A stretch of 64,000 nt of DNA from Myxococcales bacterium (GTDB taxonomy: Bacteria > Myxococcota_A > Polyangia > Polyangiales > DASUME01): contig JASGJH010000001.1 in NCBI GenBank assembly GCA_047601445.1, forward strand, positions 2,624,001 through 2,688,000. The letters run 5' to 3'. Positions 1 to 9,063 of the stretch are shown piece after piece. The first letter of the stretch is position 1; each line of letters begins with the position of its first letter. A program made the translations under genes and the position numbers. The notes below the pieces were generated by a model. The model was not told the origin of the DNA. It worked only from the letters and a program-made list of their open reading frames with translations, and did not search any database.

Positions 1-753
1 GCTCCGCAGCTCCACACGCGCTTGCCGATCCTGCGCGAAGGGCCCCTCACCCAGGCGCTCTTCCTGCCACTCGGGGGCGTGATCGACGTTCACATGGTGC
101 AGACGGCCATCCGGCGTAGGGCCGTGGCGCGCGGGGTTCGCATCCGCACAGGGACCCGGGTGGCCTCCATCGCCACCGAAGGAAAGCGGGTCTCCGGGGT
201 CACCCTGACCGACGGTAGTGTGATCCGCGCCGAGCGCGTGGTCTTGGCTGCGGGGGCCTTTGCCGAGCAACTGGCCAGCGAGGTCGGCGCAGGTCTCGAT
301 TTGGTCCCGCTGCGACGTCACCTGGTCTATCTCGAGGGCGACGACCTCCCCACGTGGAAGGCCCCGGCTCTCTGGCGCGTTGATTCGCCCGTGTACTTTC
401 GCCCCGAAGCGGGCGGAATTCTCGCGAGTCCTTGCGATGAGACCCCCTGGGAGCCGGGCATCCCCGAGACCAGCCCTGCGGCCCTGGAGAGCCTTGCGAG
501 CAAGCTCAGCGAGCTCGCGCCGCCGCTTGCCGAGGCACGCGTGCGTCGAGCCTGGGCCTGCCTGCGCACCATGGCGGAGGATCGCGAACCTGTGATCGGC
601 TCCGATCCGCGCCTCCCGGGCTTGTACTGGTTGGCGGGCTTGGGTGGTCGCGGCATGACCTGCGGCGTGGCCGCCGGAGAGATGCTCGCGCGCGGCCTGA
701 TCGGCTTGCCTCATCCGCTTGCCCGGCGCCTCTGCGTCGAGCGCCTGCTCTGA
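1..753 (+). CDS. FAD-dependent oxidoreductase, DAO/glycine oxidase family (5' truncated by window edge)
   Basis: Frame is open from base 1. Motifs RVVLAAGAFA, RAWACLR...PVIG and GLYWLAGLGGRGMT..AAG are typical of the DAO-family C-terminal half. Confidence 0.85.
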   Translation, partial: APQLHTRLPILREGPLTQALFLPLGGVIDVHMVQTAIRRRAVARGVRIRTGTRVASIATEGKRVSGVTLTDGSVIRAERVVLAAGAFAEQLASEVGAGLDLVPLRRHLVYLEGDDLPTWKAPALWRVDSPVYFRPEAGGILASPCDETPWEPGIPETSPAALESLASKLSELAPPLAEARVRRAWACLRTMAEDREPVIGSDPRLPGLYWLAGLGGRGMTCGVAAGEMLARGLIGLPHPLARRLCVERLL

Positions 754-776
754 GGCCTCAAAACTCCGCGCCGCGC

Positions 777-1691
777 TCAGCGCGTCCGACGCGAGGACTT
801 GCCGCGACCCGTGCCCGGGCGCACCCGGGAGGGGTCGCGCAAGGGCTTGGCGCTCCCCTCGAGGACCTGCTTGAGCTGCTCGGCGACGACGCCCTGACTA
901 CGTCCGCTGGTACGCAGGTGCTCGGCGGCCATCGAGAGGGCACGACGCACGTCAGGATGCTTGGCGCTCTCACACTCGGCGGTGAGCCACGCGATGCCCT
1001 GCTCGCCCGCCCGTAGCCCGGTGGCGAGATTGGTCAGCGTACGCGGCAACGACAGCAAGAGCCGACGCCGCCCCTCCGAGCGCTCCGCGGAGCGCGGCGC
1101 GTCGGCCACCGCGGCGATGGCAGCCGAGACGTAGGCCAACAAGGGCTCCGGATCGGCGAACATGGCGATGATGCGCGGCTCGCCCACCACTTCGAGCGCG
1201 AGACCGGTGGAGCCGAAGCGGATCTCGCGGTCCTCCAGTTCCAGCCAGCCCTGCGCCTCGGCCACCAGCTGCTCGGCGAACCCCTCGCGCAGGGCCAGGT
1301 TCACCAGGGCGTCCAAGGTGCCGATACGCACGGGCGCCCGCTCGTCGGCAGCCAGCTCCGCCAGTGCGGCCCAGGCCTGCGCGGTGTGCTTGAGCTTTCC
1401 CTCGCGCAACAGGGCCGTCCAGCCATGGGCGGCCGCCACGGGCAAGAAGGCCTCCGGGGTATCGGGGGCCGCGTCGTTGCCGCCGAGCTTCAGCAGGAGG
1501 CGCTCGGCCGGGTTCGTGAGCTGCGCCACCTCCACGCCGAACGCCGCCGCCAGCGTCAGGTTCGGCCGGGCGCTGGGGAGCGCCCCGTGTCGAGCCAGCA
1601 AATCTTCGAGCCGCTGCGAGCTCCCCTGCAGCGCGTTCGCCAGTGCGACGCGCAGCGCTTCGTTCCTCAAGCCTTCTTCCGTACGGGCCAT
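777..1691 (-). CDS. Hypothetical alpha-helical (HEAT-repeat-like) protein
   Basis: Ala/Leu-rich helical ORF with an LPSARPNLTLAAAFG motif. ATG 1691 chosen because TGcTATGCT lies 8 nt upstream. Confidence 0.6.
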   Translation of the reverse strand: MARTEEGLRNEALRVALANALQGSSQRLEDLLARHGALPSARPNLTLAAAFGVEVAQLTNPAERLLLKLGGNDAAPDTPEAFLPVAAAHGWTALLREGKLKHTAQAWAALAELAADERAPVRIGTLDALVNLALREGFAEQLVAEAQGWLELEDREIRFGSTGLALEVVGEPRIIAMFADPEPLLAYVSAAIAAVADAPRSAERSEGRRRLLLSLPRTLTNLATGLRAGEQGIAWLTAECESAKHPDVRRALSMAAEHLRTSGRSQGVVAEQLKQVLEGSAKPLRDPSRVRPGTGRGKSSRRTR

Positions 1692-1763
1692 GACGCCCGA
1701 GCATAGCAAAACGCCCCCGTTCGCAGCTGGCAACGGGGGCGTTCGGGTGCCGATGAGAGGCGC

Positions 1764-3140
1764 TCAGTTGAAATAGAACTCTGCGATTCCGTTGAGCATG
1801 CTGAACGCCTGGGTGTAATCGCCCGCGCCGGTGGGCAGACGGCTGATGCCATCCAACTCGTCGAGCTTGCTGTTTTTCACCGTGCGCTTGAGCGTCTGCA
1901 TGTACGTGTACTGCAGCAGCAGGCCAACGTGGTCCCCGATCGTGATGCGACCGCCGAGCGATCCCGAGAGGGTCTGGCCGTCGATCGTACCGGGCTCGAG
2001 ATAACCGGCCGGGATGGCGTTGCTCCCGTAACCGAAGCCGACGAAGCCCTCGAGGTTCTCCATGAACCAATAGCTCGCGCCCGCTCGGATGCTGAAGCTG
2101 TTGTTCCAGTTGCGGATCTGGCTGCTGACGATGTGCGTGTTGGGCGCCGCCGCCCCGCTGGGCTCCAGGTCGCACTTGGTGCCCTTGTCCACCAGGCACT
2201 GCTTGTCCACCACGCTCCAGCGCGTCACGTCGCCGAACAGGCGCAGCTCGTAGCGCGGCTCGCGGAAGCGCAAGCCCCAGCGGATGATGTCCGGCAGCTT
2301 TTGCTGCAGCTCGACGTCCTCGGTCCCGGGCGTGCCCGTGTGCAGCCAGCTCTCGAGGGTGCCCTGGAGCTTCATGCCGCCGTACATGCCCGGCGGGGCC
2401 TGGTAAGAAAGGCCGATCCACAGCTTGTCCTTCAAAGCCTCCCACTGCGTTCCCAGCGAGAAGCTCGCGGATAGGCCCGACACGTCCATGTTGATGCGTC
2501 CCTCTTGGGGCAGGGCATCGTCGCCGCGGCCGGTGCGGGCGCGCAAGAGGCGCACGCTCTGGTAGATCAGGTTCACACCCGCGCCGAAGCTCAAGCGCAG
2601 CTTCGGGATGGTGTACGAGGCAGCGAGCGCGGTGTAGAGCACGATCTGATCGCCCTGGATCATCTGCCAGCGCGCCGTGCCGTCCTGGGCGCCCGGGTAC
2701 ATCGTGTTGCCGTCGAACTTGCTGTTGCCGTTCCAGGCCTGCGAGCCCGACATCGGCGCCAGGAGCATCAAGCCCACCGCGAAGTCACCGAACTTCATGC
2801 TGCCGGCCAGCGAGGGCGCGACCAGGACGTCGTTGAGCGTGGCCTTGCCCGTGTTGGCGCCCTGCGCATCGGCCGGCTCCGGCACGGTGCTCTGCGTGCG
2901 ATCGTAGGTGGAGTTGTGGAAGACCAACGTCAGATCACCGGCGATGTGGATCTTCTTGGTGTTCGCCAGAGCTGCTGGGTTGAAATACGCCGCAAACGGG
3001 GTCGGCGTCGTGGCGTGGCCACGCTCACCACCGATACGAGTGAAGTCGAAGCCGGAGGCTTGCGCGCGCTCGGGCAACGCGGTCATGGCCAACACGGGCG
3101 CCAGCGCCGCTGCCAGCCAGGCCCCGAAGCGGGCTTTCAT
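1764..3140 (-). CDS. OmpP1/FadL family outer-membrane long-chain fatty acid/hydrophobic compound transporter
   Basis: Signal peptide followed by ASGF, the YFNPAAL hatch motif, alternating beta-strands, NW.NS..IRAGASY and an aromatic C-terminus. Start could be 3191. Confidence 0.85.
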   Translation of the reverse strand: MKARFGAWLAAALAPVLAMTALPERAQASGFDFTRIGGERGHATTPTPFAAYFNPAALANTKKIHIAGDLTLVFHNSTYDRTQSTVPEPADAQGANTGKATLNDVLVAPSLAGSMKFGDFAVGLMLLAPMSGSQAWNGNSKFDGNTMYPGAQDGTARWQMIQGDQIVLYTALAASYTIPKLRLSFGAGVNLIYQSVRLLRARTGRGDDALPQEGRINMDVSGLSASFSLGTQWEALKDKLWIGLSYQAPPGMYGGMKLQGTLESWLHTGTPGTEDVELQQKLPDIIRWGLRFREPRYELRLFGDVTRWSVVDKQCLVDKGTKCDLEPSGAAAPNTHIVSSQIRNWNNSFSIRAGASYWFMENLEGFVGFGYGSNAIPAGYLEPGTIDGQTLSGSLGGRITIGDHVGLLLQYTYMQTLKRTVKNSKLDELDGISRLPTGAGDYTQAFSMLNGIAEFYFN

Positions 3141-3193
3141 CGAAGCGCGCCCTCGGGCGTGCGAGCGGAAAGAAATGGACTGATTGCGCATGA

Positions 3194-3895
3194 TCAAGGT
3201 GCCCCTGCGGGAGTCATCGCGCAGTCAATGACTGGCGTTGCCGGAAAGGTGCTCGGGTTATTGGGATCGACGCGGGTCGCGGTGAACGTGCCGCCCGTGT
3301 CCTGTGCGATGGGGGCCGTGACGACGCCCGTGACCGTGCCGCAGAAGAACTTGACCGGCGTGCCGGGGCCGCTCTCGTACATGGCCTGGCCCACGTTGCC
3401 CGAGAAGTCCAAGGTCGTGCTCACGTCGAAGGTGAGCACGTTGGCGTTGCCGGGTGTGACCGTCATCTGGTCCGCGAGCGTATAACAGCCTTGCGGCGAC
3501 ACCGTGGTGGTGGACCACTCGCTGAACTCGCCAGTCGGCGTCTTGCGGTCGGCGTACAAGAGCGGGCGGTTGCGCATCATGATCGTGTAGTCGCCGCCGG
3601 CGTCGCGCGCGGCCATGACCTCGAGCAAGTAGATCGTGGGCTGCGTCGTGTAGGGGGTCAGCGAGACCACGTAGTAGTAGGTGCCCGAGAGCTGCGCCGG
3701 GTCGGGCAGAGGCGTATCGCCGAGCGGCGGGCACTCGCCGGCGGGGCCGGCATCCATCACTTCATTGGCGCCAGCGCGCTCGAGGAAGTCGTTGTACTCC
3801 CCCTCGGGGTCGATACAGGCCGATAGGCCAACGGCCAGCGCCGCGACCGTGACCCAGCGTTTCCAGCCGGGTGGAGTGCGATTGGATCGGAGCAT
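3194..3895 (-). CDS. Hypothetical lipoprotein, upstream of and probably co-transcribed with the FadL gene
   Basis: Lipobox GLSAC after a hydrophobic stretch. Mature region is beta-rich with several Cys. Confidence 0.7.
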   Translation of the reverse strand: MLRSNRTPPGWKRWVTVAALAVGLSACIDPEGEYNDFLERAGANEVMDAGPAGECPPLGDTPLPDPAQLSGTYYYVVSLTPYTTQPTIYLLEVMAARDAGGDYTIMMRNRPLLYADRKTPTGEFSEWSTTTVSPQGCYTLADQMTVTPGNANVLTFDVSTTLDFSGNVGQAMYESGPGTPVKFFCGTVTGVVTAPIAQDTGGTFTATRVDPNNPSTFPATPVIDCAMTPAGAP

Positions 3896-3965
3896 AGTGC
3901 GCCGGATAAAAGCACAGACCCGTGGAACATAGCCAGTACCCATGCGCACGATCTATTGATGCGGA

Positions 3966-4955
3966 ATGCAAGCTCGTGACACCGCCAACGCCTTCCGTTT
4001 CACAGGGGACGATCGAGGCCACTACGAGAGTTATTTCCAGCGTGCAAACCACCCCACACGCCCGCTGGCTTTCTGGATCCGCTACACGATCTTTTCGCCC
4101 CGCGCGCGCACCGATGCCACGGTGGGCGAGCTCTGGGCCGTGTATTTTGACGGGGAATTAGGGCAGATCTCGGCCGCCAAGCAGGTCGTACCGTGGCAGC
4201 TTTGCCAGTTCTCGCACAGCGGTCTCGCCGCGCGCGTCGGGGACTCAAGTCTGAGTCCGGAAGCGTTGTCAGGATCGGTCCAAGGGTCCAATCATCAGCT
4301 CTCCTGGCAGCTCGATTACACGTCGCCCCAGCGTCCGCTCTTGCTCCTGCCCGAGCGCCTCTACTCGGCAGGGTTCCCCAAGGCCAAGGCCCTCGTGGGC
4401 AGTCCGCAGGCGCGTTTCCGCGGCAGGCTCCAGGTAGACGCGCGCACGATCGAAGTCGATGACTGGGTGGGCAGCCAGAACCACAACTGGGGCGAGCGAC
4501 ACACCGACCGCTATGCATGGGGCCAGGTGGCGGGCTTCGATGGGGCCCCTGAGGTGTTCCTGGAGTGCGCCACCGCGAGCGTGCGGCTGGGTCCGTTCTA
4601 CACGCCTCCGATGTCGCCCGTGGTCCTGCGGCTGGGCGAAGAAGAACTGCGCTTCTCGGGCGTGCGCAGGGCGCTCCGCGCGAAGGCCCGCTACGCCCCA
4701 TTTTCATGGCAGATCCGCACCTCGAACGAAGACAGCGAGCTGCAGCTCGAGCTGTCGGCCGACGCGCAAAAGTTCGTGGCCCTCCCCTATGACAACCCGC
4801 CAGGGGGCCAGAAGATCTGCCTAAACAGTAAGCTCGCCGCGTGCCGTCTGCGGCTCTCGCGCAAGGGCCGTGCGCCGCTCGAGCTCTCGACTCGGCGCCG
4901 GGCTGCCTTCGAGATCCTCACCGATCGCAGCGTGCCGGGGGTGGTCACAATGTGA
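3966..4955 (+). CDS. Tocopherol cyclase/AttH-like (lipocalin-like hydratase fold) protein
   Basis: HYESYF..ANHP..AFWIRYT and W.GSQNHNWG..H..RYAWGQ motifs, Trp-rich beta protein. Confidence 0.55.
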   Translation: MQARDTANAFRFTGDDRGHYESYFQRANHPTRPLAFWIRYTIFSPRARTDATVGELWAVYFDGELGQISAAKQVVPWQLCQFSHSGLAARVGDSSLSPEALSGSVQGSNHQLSWQLDYTSPQRPLLLLPERLYSAGFPKAKALVGSPQARFRGRLQVDARTIEVDDWVGSQNHNWGERHTDRYAWGQVAGFDGAPEVFLECATASVRLGPFYTPPMSPVVLRLGEEELRFSGVRRALRAKARYAPFSWQIRTSNEDSELQLELSADAQKFVALPYDNPPGGQKICLNSKLAACRLRLSRKGRAPLELSTRRRAAFEILTDRSVPGVVTM

Positions 4956-5001
4956 GCGAGGTCGTGGGTCGAGAGCGCCGCGGACTCAGGCTCCCGTAGG
5001 T

Positions 5002-6039
5002 TCAGGGAGTGGCGGGCGGCAGGACCCAGGCAACCTTGGGCTCGGGCGTGCCGTCCGGGAAGGCCGCACCGAGCAAGGAGAGCACGTGGATGGTGCTGCT
5101 GATGCCCTCGGCGTCGAGCACCACCGGGCAAGTCGTGCTGCCGCAGACCGGCTTGGTGATGCCGCTGATGGGAGAAGGCACCGCGGTGGCCTGGTCGGCG
5201 CGCAGGGTGAACACGTGCTCGGTGGCCGGTTCCGGAGGAGTCTCCTCGGCCGGCGCCGCACCCCCCTTGATGCCGTCCAGCATCTCGGCGCGCGCCTTCT
5301 TCGGCTTGGCTTCCGCTGGCGCTGCTTCGGGTGCGCCCGCCTGGCGCATGCGCACCGCGATGCCCGAGCCGCGCACGCGCAACATCATGTCGAGCTGGCC
5401 GCCCTCGGCCTTGGCGATGGGGCTGTAGCCGCAGTCGGCGCGACCCGAGGCCTGACATCCGCTCAGGGACTCTTCCCACACCTTGGCGAACGAGCCCCAG
5501 GGCAAGAGCTCGCCGGCGGGGAACTTGCCGTCTTCGGGCGTGTCCGTGAAATGACTATCGCGGATGGTGAGCCAACCCGTGTCCTTGGTGGTGTTGGGCT
5601 TGCGCACCTGGAACGCGAGCTCCTTGGCGCCAGCCTCGAAGCCCGTGTCGATGACGCGTGCCAACGTAGCGTAGGGCACCGCGGCGTGAGCGGTGATCGC
5701 CAGTCCACCCTTCCCGTTGAGCTTCGCCTTGAGCTTCGGCAACACGTAGCCCACGGCTTCGCCCGCGGGCACCTTGCCGTTCTGCAGAGTCAGCACAGGC
5801 TCACCGTCCACCCGCAGCTCGCTCGGGCTAATCTCGATCTTGGCCGCGGTCGCCACCGGGTTGCCGGCGGTGCGCTGCACGATCGGCAGCTCCAGCACGC
5901 CCACGATGGGCGCAGCTTCCGTCTTGGTTTCGGTGCTCTCGCATCCGGCTTGCGCCAGGACGCCTGAAAGACACGCGCTTACGAGCCATCCGCGCGCGAC
6001 CGAGCGCACGCGGGGAGAATGGTGGGGGCCTTGCAACAT
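5002..6039 (-). CDS. Putative lipoprotein with ExbD/TolR-like periplasmic domain(s)
   Basis: LAQAGC lipobox-like site. LRVDGEPV...AITAHAAVPYATLARVIDTGFEAGAKELAF matches the ExbD/TolR C-terminal pattern. Confidence 0.55.
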   Translation of the reverse strand: MLQGPHHSPRVRSVARGWLVSACLSGVLAQAGCESTETKTEAAPIVGVLELPIVQRTAGNPVATAAKIEISPSELRVDGEPVLTLQNGKVPAGEAVGYVLPKLKAKLNGKGGLAITAHAAVPYATLARVIDTGFEAGAKELAFQVRKPNTTKDTGWLTIRDSHFTDTPEDGKFPAGELLPWGSFAKVWEESLSGCQASGRADCGYSPIAKAEGGQLDMMLRVRGSGIAVRMRQAGAPEAAPAEAKPKKARAEMLDGIKGGAAPAEETPPEPATEHVFTLRADQATAVPSPISGITKPVCGSTTCPVVLDAEGISSTIHVLSLLGAAFPDGTPEPKVAWVLPPATP

Positions 6040-6087
6040 GGGCGCGGACTATAAGCTCGGTCCGAGCGCGCCGTATACTCCTTCTGC

Positions 6088-7260
6088 ATGCCGCAGCCGC
6101 CCGCCCTCTCGCGCGCCACCGAAGGCCTTTCCTCGAGTGTCTACACCAGCCTGCTCGCGCTGGCGCAGACCCATGCAGCCGAGATTTTCCCCCTGAATGT
6201 GGGAGATACGTATCTGCTGCCCCCGGAGTGCGCTCGCTCCGAGCACCTGCACACGAAAGATCTGCCAGGCCTTCACAACTACGCCGCGGTCCAGGGCGAG
6301 CCTGCACTGTTCGACGCCATCGTCGACGACTTCACGAGCCGCGGCCTTCCGCTCGAACGGCGCCAGATCCAGGTCACCGCGGGCGCCACGAGCGGGCTCG
6401 ACATCGTCTGCCGGACACTGTTCGAGCCCGGCGACGAGGTGATCGTGCTGACCCCTTACTGGCCCTTGATCCGCGGCATCGTGCGCGGGTCGGGCGCCAG
6501 CATGGTGGAGCTCCCGTGCTTCACCGAGCTGCGCAAGCCCGGGTTCGATCTCGCGGCCGCCCTGGCCTCGGTTGTCAGCGAGCGCACAGCCGGCATCTAC
6601 GTGAACCATCCGAACAACCCCACCGGCGTGGTGCTGGACGCCCGCGAGATCGCCGTGCTGGCCGACTTTACCGAGGCGCACAACCTGTGGTTGATCAACG
6701 ACGCGGCTTACGAGCAGCTGAGCTTCGAGGACACGCCGCCCATCCCGCTGTGGACGCAGCCTGCGCTGCGCGAACGGACCGTGACGGCTCACACCTTCTC
6801 CAAATGCTTCGGCATGGCGGGCGCGCGCGTGGGCTTCGTGCACGGCCCCGAGCGGCCGATGGCGGCGATCGGTGGATTGCAGACCTTCGCGACCTATTGC
6901 GCCCCGAAGCCCATGCAGCACGCCATGGCGCGCGCGCTGCGCTCCTCGGAGGGCGCGAGCTGGACCGAAAGCGCCCGTAGCGCCTACGCGGAGGCCGCCT
7001 TGCGCACGAGTCGCGTGCTGGGCCTTCCGCGTCCCCAAAGCGGGACGTTTGCATTCTTCGATACGGGTCCGTTTCTGCGAGCAGGAGAGACGCCGGTGAC
7101 ATGGCTCGAACGCTGCGCCCGGGCGGGCATCGTCCTGACCCCCGGGGCCGCAACCGGCGAGGCCTACGCCAGCTGGGCACGCCTGTGCTTTACGAGCGTA
7201 CCCCTCAACACACTCGACCGCGCGCTGACCGTCCTGAACCGAGCCTTACGCGAAACCTAG
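6088..7260 (+). CDS. PLP-dependent aminotransferase class I/II
   Basis: Motifs NHPNNPTG, INDAAY and TFSKCFGMAGARVG (PLP lysine). Confidence 0.92.
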   Translation: MPQPPALSRATEGLSSSVYTSLLALAQTHAAEIFPLNVGDTYLLPPECARSEHLHTKDLPGLHNYAAVQGEPALFDAIVDDFTSRGLPLERRQIQVTAGATSGLDIVCRTLFEPGDEVIVLTPYWPLIRGIVRGSGASMVELPCFTELRKPGFDLAAALASVVSERTAGIYVNHPNNPTGVVLDAREIAVLADFTEAHNLWLINDAAYEQLSFEDTPPIPLWTQPALRERTVTAHTFSKCFGMAGARVGFVHGPERPMAAIGGLQTFATYCAPKPMQHAMARALRSSEGASWTESARSAYAEAALRTSRVLGLPRPQSGTFAFFDTGPFLRAGETPVTWLERCARAGIVLTPGAATGEAYASWARLCFTSVPLNTLDRALTVLNRALRET

Positions 7261-7310
7261 GAGAAAGTCGTCGAAGCGGACCCGCTTTCCACGTTGTAGG
7301 CTCAACGATG

Positions 7311-8585
7311 ATGAAGCGCCGCCATTTCTTGGCCGCAGGTTCCGCCGCCGCGCTCAGCACGGGTCTCGCCCTGTGGTTTCGCGCGCGTGGCAAGGCCCCC
7401 CAGGAACTGCCCGCTGACCTCGCCTTGGTACGCGACCCCGCGCGTACGCTCGACCTGCCCAAGGGCTTCTCCTACCGCGTCATCGAGCGCGTCGGTGAGC
7501 CCATGAGCGACGGCTATCGCGTGCCCGGTCGCCCCGACGCCATGGCGTGCTTTCCGCTCGAGGCCGGCGGCTTCGCTCTGATGCGCAACCACGAGCTCGA
7601 TCCGAGCCTCGGCTCCATGAGTGCCTACAAGGTCGGCACCAAGGCCCCCGCCCAGGCCTACGACCCACGCAGCTACGGCGGCGTGAGCCGCGTGGTGTTC
7701 GACGCCCAGGGCCGCAAGGTCGGCAGCAACCTGGTCTTGACCGGCACGGCGCGTAACTGCGCGGGCGGCGTGAGCCCATGGGGTTGGCTCTCCTGCGAGG
7801 AGAACGTCGACTTCGGTCACGGCTACGTCTTCCTGTGCTCGCCCGAAGCCGACAGCGTGCGCGCGCCGCACCGCATCGATGCCTACCGCCGCTTCCTCCA
7901 CGAAGCCGTGGCCATCGATCCCACGGACAACGCGGCCTACCTCACCGAGGACCGCATGGACGGCTGCCTCTACCGCTTCGTCCCTAGCAAGCCGAGCGAG
8001 CCGTTCGGGGCGGGCAAATTCCAGGCGCTCGCCGTGGCCGACGTGGCGCGCTTCGATCTCGGCGCCGATCTGCCCGAGAAATCCAGGTTCAAGGTGCGCT
8101 GGGTCGATCTGCCCGCACGCGCTGGCGTGCACGCCGACGATCTGCGCTATGCGGCGCAGGAGCACGGGGCAGCCATCCTCAAGCGTGGCGAGGGCATCTG
8201 GCGCATGGCCGACGGCTTCGCGTTCACGTGCACCGAGGGCGGTGGTATTTCGTGCGGTCAAATCTTCCACCTACGGCCCACGGCCACGGGCGGCACGCTG
8301 GAGCTCATCGCCCAATCCCGCAACGACGCCGCGCTCGACATGCCCGACAACATCACGCTCACGCCGTGGGGCGATCTGATGGTCTGCGAAGACAACCATC
8401 GCGTGGTTCATCTGCGGCTGGTCACGCCGCAGGGCCAGGTCGTGCCCTTCGCGCGCAACCGGCTGAGCCGCAGCGAGTTCTCGGGCGTGTGCTTCTCGCC
8501 CGACGGACGCACCCTGTTCGTGAACATCCAGGAAAACGGGCTCACCCTGGCCGTGGACGGCGACTGGGCGAGCCTGCGCGTCTGA
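7311..8585 (+). CDS. phoX: PhoX-family (DUF839) alkaline phosphatase, Tat-exported
   Basis: KRRHFL Tat motif, plus NHE, NCAGG.SPWG.WLSCEE, HEAVA, YLTED, PDN and SEFSG.CFSPDG.TLFVNIQ. Start is 7308 or 7311. Confidence 0.85.
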   Translation: MKRRHFLAAGSAAALSTGLALWFRARGKAPQELPADLALVRDPARTLDLPKGFSYRVIERVGEPMSDGYRVPGRPDAMACFPLEAGGFALMRNHELDPSLGSMSAYKVGTKAPAQAYDPRSYGGVSRVVFDAQGRKVGSNLVLTGTARNCAGGVSPWGWLSCEENVDFGHGYVFLCSPEADSVRAPHRIDAYRRFLHEAVAIDPTDNAAYLTEDRMDGCLYRFVPSKPSEPFGAGKFQALAVADVARFDLGADLPEKSRFKVRWVDLPARAGVHADDLRYAAQEHGAAILKRGEGIWRMADGFAFTCTEGGGISCGQIFHLRPTATGGTLELIAQSRNDAALDMPDNITLTPWGDLMVCEDNHRVVHLRLVTPQGQVVPFARNRLSRSEFSGVCFSPDGRTLFVNIQENGLTLAVDGDWASLRV

Positions 8586-8667
8586 CCCCACGTACCGGGC
8601 GACTCCGGTGAGCGCAGCTGTCTTCTCGCTGCGGGTGCGGCCCTCAGCCCGTGGAACGGAGCGCGCG

Positions 8668-8991
8668 TCAGACCTTCTTGGCCCAGGCGGTACAGTAGCC
8701 GTTCGGGTGGATGGGCCCCTTGACCACCTGACAGCTCCCACACTGACTCGGCGCGGGCGCCGCCACAAAGAGGTGGCAGTCCCGGCAGTGTTTGTCTGGC
8801 TGCGGCGATTGGTCCGCGTACTGCAGGGCCGAACGGGCCATCTTCTCGGGCTCACTCAGGCCACCTACGTCCGAACAACTCTCGGGCTCGCTCTTGCCGC
8901 CGCCGCAGGCCGAAAACAGCGCTGCGAGCGCGGGCGCCGCACCCAGGATTTGCAGCGTGGCCCTGCGCGAAAGCTTGGTTCCTTCAGCCAT
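8668..8991 (-). CDS. High-potential iron-sulfur protein (HiPIP), Tat lipoprotein
   Basis: SRR Tat motif and LFSAC lipobox. CRDCHLF...CQVVKGPIHPNGYCTAW gives the HiPIP ligand pattern. Confidence 0.88.
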   Translation of the reverse strand: MAEGTKLSRRATLQILGAAPALAALFSACGGGKSEPESCSDVGGLSEPEKMARSALQYADQSPQPDKHCRDCHLFVAAPAPSQCGSCQVVKGPIHPNGYCTAWAKKV

Positions 8992-9063
8992 CCTTCACCT
9001 CTCAGGGAACCTATCTTGGTCCCTTCGCTTTCCGAGGCAACCGCGTGCTATGGTCGCGCCGCA

